NCBI GenBank assembly: GCA_002104905.1
Contig: MCFE01000223.1
Coordinates: forward strand, 1-64,000
Length of the DNA stretch: 64,000 bases
Direction of reading: 5' to 3'
Origin: Basidiobolus meristosporus CBS 931.73
Taxonomy: Eukaryota; Fungi; Basidiobolomycota
The notes beneath the pieces were generated by a model that saw only the letters and a list, made by a program, of their open reading frames with translations, was not told the DNA's origin and searched no databases. The translations under genes and the position numbers were made by a program. Positions 26,951 through 36,876 of this stretch are shown piece by piece (position 1 is the stretch's first letter; every line of letters begins with the position of its first letter).

Positions 26951-28222
26951 ATGAAAGCAACCCTCATCACAGCACTACTATATGTCGCCTCTGTCTCCGC
27001 ACTACCCACCGGTGACTACTCTGGTGCTGGCAGCTATGACGTGAAGGATTACTCTGGTGGAGGAGGCCATGGAGGTGACACAGACTACGAAGGAAATGGC
27101 AGTGGTGGGTCTTACGATACTGGCGACTATGAAGGCAATGGCGGAGGATCAGGTGACAGCTATGATACAACAGAATACGAAGGCGATCACGAGGACAGCT
27201 ACGGTGGGAATGGAGGTGGTGGTGGTGGTGGTGGTGGTGGTGACAACTATGATACAAAAGACTATGAAAGTGACCATGAGGAAAGCTACAGTGGCAATGG
27301 CGGAGGCGATAGCTATGACACCAAGGGCGATGGAGGCGATCATGAGGAGAGTTATGGTGGTAATGGTGGCGGCGAGAGCTACAATACGAAGGAGTATGAA
27401 GGTGACCATGAAGAAACCTACGGCGGAAACGGTGGTGGGAGCGGCAATAGCTACGATACTAAGGACTATGGAGGAGATCATGAAGAAAGCTACGGTGGTA
27501 ATGGTGGTGGTGATAGCTATGACACCAATGAGTACGAAGGCGATCATGAAGAGAATTATGGTGGTAATGGTGGAGGTGACAACAGTTATGATACTGAAGA
27601 TTATGGTGGTAATGGCAGTGGCAGTGATAGCTATGACACCAATGAATATGAAGGTGACCACGACGATAATTATGGTGGTAATGGTGGAGGAGGTGACAAC
27701 AGCTACGACACCAAAGACTACGAGGGCGATCATGAAGATAGCTATGGTAGTGGCGATCATGAAGGCGATCATGATGAGAGCTATGGTGGAAATGGTGGTG
27801 GTGACAGTTACGATACAAAGGACTATGAAGGTGGCCATGAGGATAACTACGGAGGCAACGGTGGTGGAAGCGGCAATAACTATGATACCAAGGACTATGG
27901 AGGCGATCATGAAGATGGTTATGGAGGCAATGGAGGCAATGGAGGCGGCCATGATGGTAATTATGAAGGCGATCATGAAGATAGCTACGGCGGTAAACAC
28001 AAGTCAAAGCACTGCAAGAATCACGGCAAGAACTATGGTGGCAACGGAGGTGGCAACAGCTATGATACCAAAGACTATGAAGGTGATCACGAGGAAAACT
28101 ATGGTGGAAATGGTGGTGGAAACAGCTACGATACTAAGGATTACGCATCAGGCCACAAAAGTTATAAGAGAGCAATTGAGGTCAGGAATGCCCTTCGAAA
28201 GATTGTAGTTGGAAAGGCCTAA
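26951..28222 (+). CDS. Secreted acidic Gly/Asp/Tyr repeat protein, copy 6 (423 aa)
   Basis: Signal MKATLITALLYVASVSA; 22-24 aa repeats; tail AIEVRNALRKIVVGKA. Confidence 0.9.
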   Translation: MKATLITALLYVASVSALPTGDYSGAGSYDVKDYSGGGGHGGDTDYEGNGSGGSYDTGDYEGNGGGSGDSYDTTEYEGDHEDSYGGNGGGGGGGGGGDNYDTKDYESDHEESYSGNGGGDSYDTKGDGGDHEESYGGNGGGESYNTKEYEGDHEETYGGNGGGSGNSYDTKDYGGDHEESYGGNGGGDSYDTNEYEGDHEENYGGNGGGDNSYDTEDYGGNGSGSDSYDTNEYEGDHDDNYGGNGGGGDNSYDTKDYEGDHEDSYGSGDHEGDHDESYGGNGGGDSYDTKDYEGGHEDNYGGNGGGSGNNYDTKDYGGDHEDGYGGNGGNGGGHDGNYEGDHEDSYGGKHKSKHCKNHGKNYGGNGGGNSYDTKDYEGDHEENYGGNGGGNSYDTKDYASGHKSYKRAIEVRNALRKIVVGKA

Positions 28223-28581
28223 GATAAATAGCATCATGAGAGGTCGATGAATCTACTTCATTACTTTATTAACTAATACATACATGACATTATCAGCTTT
28301 ACCTCATGAATACTAAATGCCCCTATAAATCCCCATCTATACCTGCAAAATGCATTTCAATAAATTGAGTTTTCACTATGTGATCTCCAACTCTATATAT
28401 ACCTTCTACTGCTCATCTATACCTACTCACTCTACTGCTCGTCTATGTAGACTTTGGTGACGCCCAAGGCATCCTTAGTGCTTCTTATGTTCTTCGAAGT
28501 CAATGAAGTATAACGCTGTATTGCAACAGGGTTCATTTACCAAATGCAAGTGACAGAGTGTACTACTGCAAATCAAAGATC

Positions 28582-28673
28582 CACCTGCATGCCAACATTA
28601 CGGTGCACCTTACAACAATCCCAGCTTGAGAATGGTCCTCACAATCGATCTCGATCAATTTACCGATATAAAA
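28582..28673 (+). promoter_or_regulatory. CACCTGCAT motif plus TATA of array copy 7
   Basis: CACCTGCAT 28582-28590; TATAAAA 28667. Confidence 0.6.
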
Positions 28674-28761
28674 GCCCACTCACTCTTCATCCATATCAAT
28701 CATACTCATCTCATAGCATACTACCACATTCACACCTTTAGAACAAAGCAATTGCATCAAA

Positions 28762-29970
28762 ATGAAAGCAACCCTCATCACAGCACTACTATATGTCGCC
28801 TCTGTCTCCGCACTACCCACCGGTGACTACTCTGGTGCTGGCAGCTATGACGTGAAGGATTACTCTGGTGGAGGAGGCCATGGAGGTGACACAGACTACG
28901 AAGGAAATGGCAGTGGTGGGACTTACGATACTGGCGACTATGAAGGCAATGGCGGAGGATCAGGCGACAGCTATGATACAACAGAATACGAAGGCGATCA
29001 CGAGGACAGCTACGGTGGGAATGGAGGTGGTGGTGGTGGTGGTGGTGGTGACAACTATGATACAAAAGACTATGAAAGTGACCATGAGGAAAGCTACAGT
29101 GGCAATGGCGGAGGCGATAGCTATGACACCAAGGGCGATGGAGGCGATCATGAGGAGAGTTATGGTGGTAATGGTGGCGGCGAGAGCTACAATACGAAGG
29201 AGTATGAAGGTGACCATGAAGAAACCTACGGCGGAAACGGTGGTGGGAGCGGCAATAGCTACGATACTAAGGACTATGGAGGAGATCATGAAGAAAGCTA
29301 CGGTGGTAATGGTGGTGGTGATAGCTATGATACCAAGGACTACGGAGGCGATCATGAGGAGAGTTATGATGGCAATGGTGGCGGTGATAGCTATGATATC
29401 AAGGAATATGAAGGAGATCATGAAGAAAGCTACGGTGGTAATGGTGGTGGTGATAGCTATGACACTAAAGACTATGGAGGTGACCATGAAGAGAGTTATG
29501 GTGGAAATGGAGGCGGAAGCGGCAATAATTATGATACCACGGACTATGGAGGCGATCAGGAGGAAAGCTATGGCGGAAACGGTGGCGGTGATAGCTACGA
29601 TACCAAGGGCTATGAAGGTGATCATGAAGAGAGTTACGGTGGAAACGGTGGTGGAAGCGATAATAGCTATGATACCAAAGACTATGAAGGCGATCATGAA
29701 GAAAGCTATGGCGGAAATGGTGGCAGTGATAGCTATGATACCAAGGACTATGAAGGTGATCATGAAGAGAGTTACAGTGGAAATGGTGGCGGTGATAGCT
29801 ACGATACCAAAGACTATGGAGGTGATCACGAAAAGAGCTATGGTGGTAATGGCGGTGGAAGCAACTATGATACAAAGGACTATAGCGGTAACGGAGCTGG
29901 TCACAAGTCATATAAGAGAGCAATTGAAGTAAGAAAAGCTCTACGAAGCATCGCGCTCAGAAAGAACTAA
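28762..29970 (+). CDS. Secreted acidic Gly/Asp/Tyr repeat protein, copy 7 (402 aa)
   Basis: About 13 repeats of DSYDTKDY(G/E)GDHEESYGGNGGG; tail AIEVRKALRSIALRKN. Confidence 0.9.
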   Translation: MKATLITALLYVASVSALPTGDYSGAGSYDVKDYSGGGGHGGDTDYEGNGSGGTYDTGDYEGNGGGSGDSYDTTEYEGDHEDSYGGNGGGGGGGGGDNYDTKDYESDHEESYSGNGGGDSYDTKGDGGDHEESYGGNGGGESYNTKEYEGDHEETYGGNGGGSGNSYDTKDYGGDHEESYGGNGGGDSYDTKDYGGDHEESYDGNGGGDSYDIKEYEGDHEESYGGNGGGDSYDTKDYGGDHEESYGGNGGGSGNNYDTTDYGGDQEESYGGNGGGDSYDTKGYEGDHEESYGGNGGGSDNSYDTKDYEGDHEESYGGNGGSDSYDTKDYEGDHEESYSGNGGGDSYDTKDYGGDHEKSYGGNGGGSNYDTKDYSGNGAGHKSYKRAIEVRKALRSIALRKN

Positions 29971-30979
29971 GTCATCATTGCACATGAGCAGTACTAGAAT
30001 AGCATTACTACACAACTACAAAATCACACCCAACTACCTTCCAATACTAGTGACATTTTACCCCACACCACTTGGGCCATATTTACGCTCCAACATTTCA
30101 GCACTAATAAAGTTAGGAAAGATATTATATTTCATGTAAACCGATTGCCTAATCACTATAGAATAGGGTAGAAATCACGCTAACAATTCAGGCAATATAC
30201 ATACATCAGATAGTTATAAATGATAGGCTGTTGTAAAATACAGATAGCACAATTATGAGGTTTAATCTATGACCGAATCGAAATCCGGATACAACTGCCT
30301 CATGATCTAGATTCTTATGGTCTAGTTGATTGGTGAATTCGGCAGTTTGAGCCGCCACAGCCAGTGGTTTGAATGGCATACGGATACTATTTCGGAAGAG
30401 CAATTTACCCAAACCGATTATATCTTCTTGGGGTCGTGTTGGTTGGTTGGGTGGACTCACAAAATGCTCGGGTTGTACGTTATAATCCGTTAACATCAAT
30501 GTCAATCCCGAAATTATCGACGATAGGGCCAAGTAAATATGAAATTATCGAAAATGAATATAAATTATATTGATTTCGAGACGTCACGTGTATGGAAGCA
30601 ATCAACTGTGATCTTAGCACCAAGCTTGTGTGTACTGATGGTCCAGTAATAGAGTTATACACCAAGCACCGCCACAATAGAAACAATAGAAAGTCTGCAC
30701 TTCCCATTTGACTGCTGATTGGCAATCAGCCATAGAGTTAGAAATTGATTGTATTGGACTGAACCAGAATCTGGAAAATTGTCCGATATCTGTAGTGATC
30801 CTTTATAAAGCGTCCACTTACCTGCTAAAGTCTTTGTTCACAATCGATTGTTGATATTTTCATATAATTATCGCACAGAGGCAGCTCACTCGGCATTATC
30901 TTCATATCTCACTCACAATTATTTCTTGTTCCCATCGACATATCCTATATATCAGTCCTTTCCGTGTTAGTAATATTCC

Positions 30980-32293
30980 ATGACTCTATCTGATAGTAGT
31001 TCGTCAAAATTAGTTCCTCTCTACTCGAGGGATGATACGTGCATATCATCTGGTTTGCCAAGCTTAGGGAAATCTGAGGAGCATGAGGAATTCGCCTCTT
31101 TGTTTCACAATACCCGCAGAGGCCATGTGCCCCCTCCTTTACACGTAGGCTTAGAGTTGGAGCTTTTACGAAATTCTTTGGGCAAGCTTGTTTCACAAAG
31201 GAGGAATAGCAAGGTCCACGAAGCGAACGCGTCGCCGGTATCTAGTACTTTTGAGGACGATGTAGAGAATTCTCGTCCGTTGTCACCAGGCGTATGCAGT
31301 TTACTAAAAGATCTCGAGAATTGCTTGGAAAAAGCACATCGCTCAGACGAACCGGTCACCCCACGCGATGCAGATTTTCACGGGGTTTCGCAAGTCGCTA
31401 TTAAGTCCAGTCGCGATTCAATACCCAGTATATACTCGATGTCAAATTCTTTCAAGCACGAAAGTTTCATTGATAGATCTAGCAGTATGATTGAGTACAA
31501 GCACGATTCTTTTGTTAATCCTATGCTGTCGGCCGACAAGCTGTCTACACACAGTAGCCCAAATGCCTGCATCACCGTCAACGAAGCCTTTATTTCTGCT
31601 ACTTTGGCGGGGTGGTTGTCGAAGCTTTACATCACCAATCCATCCTTTTTAGCCCGAAAGACCTGGAAGCGCCGGTTTTTCATCCTATCTTCGAATATTT
31701 TGTATCGCTTCAAGTCGTTGCAAGCCAACACCACCGCAGACGAGTACTTGGAGATTAATTCGAGCACAATCGCATGCGTCTCCGATAAATTCCCGGGGAA
31801 GAAGTGGGTGATCGAAATCACCAATCCGGGTGCTTCATGGTTCATACAGGCAGAGCACCTGGACGAGCTCAAGACATGGCTGAACGCGCTCAAATCCGCG
31901 ATTATTAAATCCAAGTATAGTGGTCGCATTGTTACGCCCTTGAACGAGCCCAGTGAGTATATGAGTCATGAGAGTGTAGGTGACCCCTCTTGGCGCAGCT
32001 CCTTGTATCCAGTGGCGTTGGATGATCAATTTGACCGAGGTCGTGTTCTACCCCCACAACCTCCGGTTCCTCAAGGAAAGCCACCACAGCCCCCGAGTCA
32101 AGTAACATTACCGGCCAACCATCCAACCGAACCGGATACCCAAAGCGGATATCATCCAAAAGAATCCAGGGCGTCTCTAGATTTATCCTCCTTTGATTGG
32201 AGCAACACCAGCATTGATAAGTTTTTGGGAAGAGTCGGATCCAGCGGACCAGGCCTATTGAGCAGACGGCTCCACCCCGACCATCAAATCTGA
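30980..32293 (+). CDS. PH-domain protein with Pro-rich C-terminal region (437 aa, single exon)
   Basis: LAGWLSKL...KTWKRRFFIL...LYRFK...WFIQAEHLDELKTWLNALKSAI is a PH fold signature; PPQPPVP motif downstream. Confidence 0.85.
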   Translation: MTLSDSSSSKLVPLYSRDDTCISSGLPSLGKSEEHEEFASLFHNTRRGHVPPPLHVGLELELLRNSLGKLVSQRRNSKVHEANASPVSSTFEDDVENSRPLSPGVCSLLKDLENCLEKAHRSDEPVTPRDADFHGVSQVAIKSSRDSIPSIYSMSNSFKHESFIDRSSSMIEYKHDSFVNPMLSADKLSTHSSPNACITVNEAFISATLAGWLSKLYITNPSFLARKTWKRRFFILSSNILYRFKSLQANTTADEYLEINSSTIACVSDKFPGKKWVIEITNPGASWFIQAEHLDELKTWLNALKSAIIKSKYSGRIVTPLNEPSEYMSHESVGDPSWRSSLYPVALDDQFDRGRVLPPQPPVPQGKPPQPPSQVTLPANHPTEPDTQSGYHPKESRASLDLSSFDWSNTSIDKFLGRVGSSGPGLLSRRLHPDHQI

Positions 32294-32483
32294 ATTCATT
32301 GTGTGTACTGTAGAATAAGCATCGATATTTCTGTATATTTCCTGGTTTTCACTTGTATTACTCTCTTTTCAAATTGAAATTGCACATATTCACATCTGAG
32401 GATAGGTTTGACAATAAACACTGATCCAAATATTCAACCGATACCCATCCAACATTCACCTAGACTTGTCACCCTCGCTTTCA

Positions 32484-32987
32484 ATGACTCACGATGGTCC
32501 CCATACCGATGGCTGCTGTGCTCATACGGCGGCCACCCCATATACGCAAACCCTGGAAGAGCTCGACTTTGAGCGCACTTTACACTATGCCTGCACTTTG
32601 GGGGAGAGCGAAAAAGTCGAACGCCTCCTAAAGAAAGGCTATGATGTCAACAAGCTGGACAAATACGGCTACACCCCATTGCACTACGCAGCGCGTCAAG
32701 GTAATCTCGCCATTTGCAAGCTACTTGTTTCCCAAGGAGCGGATGTCAATGCCCAAACCCCAGAACTCGGGTCCACTCCGTTGCATAGAGCGGTTGCTCA
32801 AGGCCATGTGGAAGTCGTCAAGTTACTCATCTCTAAGCGGGCCGATCTGGCTATTGCAAACACCGAGGGCCAGAACGCAGCTCACCTGTCCATAAAGCAC
32901 GGTCAACCAGAAATAAGCGAGTTTTTAAGAGGCGTAAATTCAGATATATTTCAGACTCCAGATAAATCGGGGAATATGATAGAGTGA
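32484..32987 (+). CDS. Ankyrin-repeat protein, ANKRD39-like
   Basis: GYTPLHYAARQG, GSTPLHRAVAQG and GQNAAHLS ankyrin repeats; N-terminal CC..QTLEELDFER resembles ANKRD39 (from memory). Confidence 0.85.
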   Translation: MTHDGPHTDGCCAHTAATPYTQTLEELDFERTLHYACTLGESEKVERLLKKGYDVNKLDKYGYTPLHYAARQGNLAICKLLVSQGADVNAQTPELGSTPLHRAVAQGHVEVVKLLISKRADLAIANTEGQNAAHLSIKHGQPEISEFLRGVNSDIFQTPDKSGNMIE

Positions 32988-33132
32988 GTGTCCTTTCCCC
33001 AAATTTCGAGGAGAGGATGAGCATCCACAATACGAATTCATGAATATGAGCAATAAATGCGGTACGAAACGAACATCATCAAGTGTGATATGGTGGGGGA
33101 TGGTATTTGGTGGATGGCTGGTCAGGAAGATC

Positions 33133-34247
33133 TTAAAAGGTCTCGTCCTCCACATCGTCATCGTCGTATTCCTGGAGATGCATTTCTGCAAACTTTTGGT
33201 CTACATCGTCTGGGTCAACAAACCCGTCCTAAAAGCAAACAGGAAGGATTAGCCGCTTGGTGCAAACCCCTGCCATACAGTCGGGCTACCTCGGTTCCAT
33301 AAAGCACAGAGTGAAGGGCTCGGACAATGGATGCAGCTGATTCTTCGGGGTTGATGTCCTGCCCGGCTAGCTCTTCAACCATGCGTAGTTTATTGTAGTA
33401 GAAGTCCCGCTCACGCTCCAAGGTCTCCATCTGCGACTGCATCTCAGCCACCTGATGACGTAGATCCTCGACCATTGCCAAGTGTTCTGAAGAGGGAGTG
33501 AAGCGAGTGGAGGAACCAGACTTGAGAACCCCGTTTCTCCCAGTTCTAGAGTTCGATCTGTCTGTGAATGGTTGATCAATTGTTAGGCTGCACCTTCGAC
33601 CAAGCCTATCATCAAGTCTACCTACCTGGGGTTTTTGTTTGATACGAAGGTGTTATGGATCCTCTGGAGCGCATGCCAGGCGAAAGGGTTCCGTTGGAAA
33701 GAATACTCTGTCTTCGTCTGACTGGATCGTAACTGCCTGGCTCACAATCATCATAGAAGCGTTTGAACCACTGAAGAAAGTCCAAATTATCCTGGAACCT
33801 GCATTTACAGAGTTTCTCCATCGCAATACTCTGGCGGGACGGAGGGTTTCAGACGAAAGGAAGCAAGATGCTTTATCATCAGCGAAAAGAGATGTACCTT
33901 GTCGATTTTGTGCTTGATGAATGCGGTTTGCAGCACTTTGAAGTTGCTCAAATACTCGTACTCCTGTTTTGCCTCGAACTTCACTTTAGAGAGGGGAACA
34001 TCTCCTGAACCTCGGGTAAGTTTGTTTCCTGGATTCGTTAGGCTACAAGGAAGACATACCATAGATAGAGTCAAGTATCTGGCAATAAGCGGCACCTGTT
34101 GTAGAAAAAGTAAATAAGCTCTAACTGCTCAGTACTCCCAAAGCTGTGAGGTTGGTGCGTACCAGTGCCTAGTTGTTCTATTTTGGTATAATTCAGTTGC
34201 AACAGATCATTAACCCAAGCCAAAAGTGCTGCTCTACTTTCTCCCAT
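33133..34247 (-). CDS. BIM1: Microtubule plus-end tracking protein EB1 (RP/EB family), 6 exons
   Basis: [79 protein letters not shown]; acidic tail ending EDETF*. Confidence 0.93.
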
Positions 34248-34548
34248 GATTTCGATGACCTGCTTCTTTAAAACTGCTCAAGCGGAGAGTTGCTTTCGAG
34301 AGTGCCCAGGACGCTGCTCTGCAGGATTCTACATATATCCTCGAAAGGCTATGCTGTGATTTCTAAATTGGTCGAAGAATGTGTAACTCCATCATGATTA
34401 AGTGGGAGCATATTGAACCAATCAGCATTACCACGTCTAATCAAAGTTCGAAATCATTCTAGTCTCAACATATAGGAGGGAGATGCGGATATTTATTATA
34501 AACAGTCTTACTGTTGAAATGCAGAAGCGAAGAGAAGGCGCAGCGAAT

Positions 34549-36876
34549 TTAATACAAGGTAAGCTTGCTGAACAGACTACTGGCTCCACCTTCGTTGGTC
34601 ATCGTCTGCTCCTTTGCTTTAACACGGATGGTATCCATCAGCTCCTTGGTTTGTGAACGATCAACATCCTCCCTCTTGTTCAGGATGGTTTCCACCAAAC
34701 CGATAGGGATGTCTGGGTAGTGTTTACGAACACCATAGAAGTCGAGATAAACCATGCTTGGTGAGCTGCCAACGATCGTCTCCACCTTGAGTAGCACGTC
34801 CATTTGCTTCTCCACCTGGTCCTGTGGTATGTATGAAAGGAAGAATTCGTAGGTAGCCTTGATGTCCCCTTCCACCTTGTTGACGGCGTCAGGCAAGATG
34901 AGCTTGGCATTCTTATTTCTCAATGCATCCAAATAGGAAAGGATGAACCGGTCCAGCAGGTGATCCATAATCTTTGTAAACGGGTATTGCTGCATGTGGG
35001 TCTTGAAATCGTGACAGTAATCCCTCAAAGTGGCAATCACCGGAAGCATCAGGTCCTCCTTGTACCAGCTCGGACAGAAGATCTGCGCGAAGATTGGCTT
35101 CAGGTCATGGAAAACAATGTCAAGCAGCGCCTTGGATGCGGACTGCGACACTGTGATGAATCCCTCCATCACTGAACTCAGGTTCATGTCGATTTGCTCT
35201 TTGTGCTTTCCGGCCACCAGCAGCTCCAGTCTTTGGATGATTGCTTCGGTGTACTCGATGCTTCGAATCTGGTCATTGCACAGCGCTATCAAATAGTCGA
35301 CCAATCCTTCAGGAACATCGTTTGGCTGGTCAAGCTGTTTCTTGAGCTCGGAGCGAACCACATCGATCCACTGGAACTGCGCGTCTTTAATGGCGTTGGT
35401 GCATTCGGTAATAACGCTACACAGCAGATCTCGATGGTTCGAATCAATGACGATATCGATCTGCTGGTTAATCATCTGGAACATGATTACTGCCGCAGAC
35501 ATTCCGTACTTCCCGTTAGCACCGCCCTCCGGTGGCTTGGCCCTGCTGACAAACTCGCCCGTCTCGGTCTTCATTAGGTTCCGAATCCATTCGGATAGTT
35601 TGTCCCTAGTCAAGCCAAGGTATTCTTCCACGAGCGCGCTCTCATGCCCCTCGAGCAGTCTCGGCTCTAGCAGGTCCTCAGCAACGCCGAGTTGCTGGTT
35701 CATATCGGTGTAGTAATCACGCACCCAGCGTAACAATTTCAACACCGAACCAGCATCAACATTATCTTGGATCATTCTCGTTAGCAGTTCATGAATATGT
35801 CGATGATAGCTCTTGACAAAGTATGAGAACAGGTTGTAGTGTTTAGGGAAACGAGGCTCAAGGAACTCGTAGATCATCGTCAAATCATCAAAAATAAACT
35901 GCAGTCCGGACAGAGTCCCGCTCAGGTCATTCTGATACTGCTGTAGATGCTCGGTGAATCGGGCTGCTATCACCTCATCGAAGATTTCAAATAACCGGCG
36001 TCGATACCCTTTGATGACTCTGGAACTACCCTCAGCCAGTTTCCACTTGCTGCTGGCGGAACGCAGATTTGCATTGGCCGTTCTCGCCTTTTCAGCTGCC
36101 ATGGCCAGCTGGTCGGCCTTTTCCTCAGACTCGACAATCTTCGCTATGTAAACCAAAACAACCCCCTGGTTAGAGCTCGCCAGGAGGTATATCTCTCGGG
36201 CTAATTGCCAAAGGTACGATGAAAATTGCGAAGCAACGTCTTCCAATTTCAGAAAGAACTTCCTTAGTGTGGCAAGCACATCCATGGAGGCTTTTTTAGC
36301 CTGGTTCATGGTGATGTCCCTGAACTGCTCTAGACGATATAGCTCGTAGTGGATCTTTAGCAAGTTTTTCCCTGGCTCCCTCGTGTTTTTCATATCATTT
36401 TCGAGCAGTTGCTGTGCTTGGTCCAGATGGGTTGTGAATTCCGTAAACCGCTCCACAAATTCTTTGGTGGCGATGAAGTTTTGGTGCGTTTGGGAGATCT
36501 TGAATAAAGTAAGCGAGCTAAGTCAATGGCGGTCCAGCTAATGGTGCCAGATGATGCTTAGTAGAAAACCCCAATTTACCTTCTGGATCCTTGGGTAGTT
36601 TTTGATTTCGTTTTGGGAGTCCAGGCAAATTTGGTCTATGGATTTTAGATCGACCTTAACCAGGTCCATTTGATTTTGTCCCGAGAGTAACTTTTCCAGG
36701 CCGACCTTGACCGAATCGAACTGGGTTTGCACGTCACTTTTAAGCTGAGCATCGATGGTAGCTTTTTCGAGTGCGAATTTCTTTCGGAGCGCAGGCACTT
36801 TAGTGTTTAGGTCATCTGGATGTTTCAGCAAGTCTGCTAAACGAAGGAGTGCCGCCTCTTTAATATTTGTGTCCAT
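34549..36876 (-). CDS. SEC6: Exocyst complex subunit Sec6/EXOC3 (one 5' intron)
   Basis: AALLRLADLLKHPDDL N-terminus, LLKIHYELYRLEQFRD, Sec6-domain motifs MFQMINQQI, LIALCNDQ and TLRDYCHDF. Confidence 0.92.

Larger units (their letters stand above)
26752..29330 (+). repeat. Direct duplication: about 26752-27522 vs 28563-29330 (promoter plus 5' part of copies 6 and 7)
   Basis: Near-identical sequence from ctactgcaaatcaaagatccacctgcat through the first repeats; offset 1811, then 1808 after a one-GGT difference. Confidence 0.92.

Noticed and set aside
19027-29932. Long antisense (I/T/V/A-rich and His-rich) and alternative-frame (M/V/A/T-rich) ORFs over the repeat genes
   Set aside because: Expected shadows of GGN/GAY/TAY codon repeats that lack stops in other frames; they have no promoters or boundaries independent of the sense genes.
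26951-29970. Regular 66-72 bp repeats as a CRISPR-like array
   Set aside because: The units are in-frame coding repeats with synonymous variation and no unique spacers; eukaryotic context, no cas genes.
18976-29970. Classical fungal KEP/dikaritin RiPP cluster
   Set aside because: The repeats are not separated by KR/RR sites (one KR per protein), and no DUF3328/UstYa, tyrosinase or transporter gene is visible next to the array.
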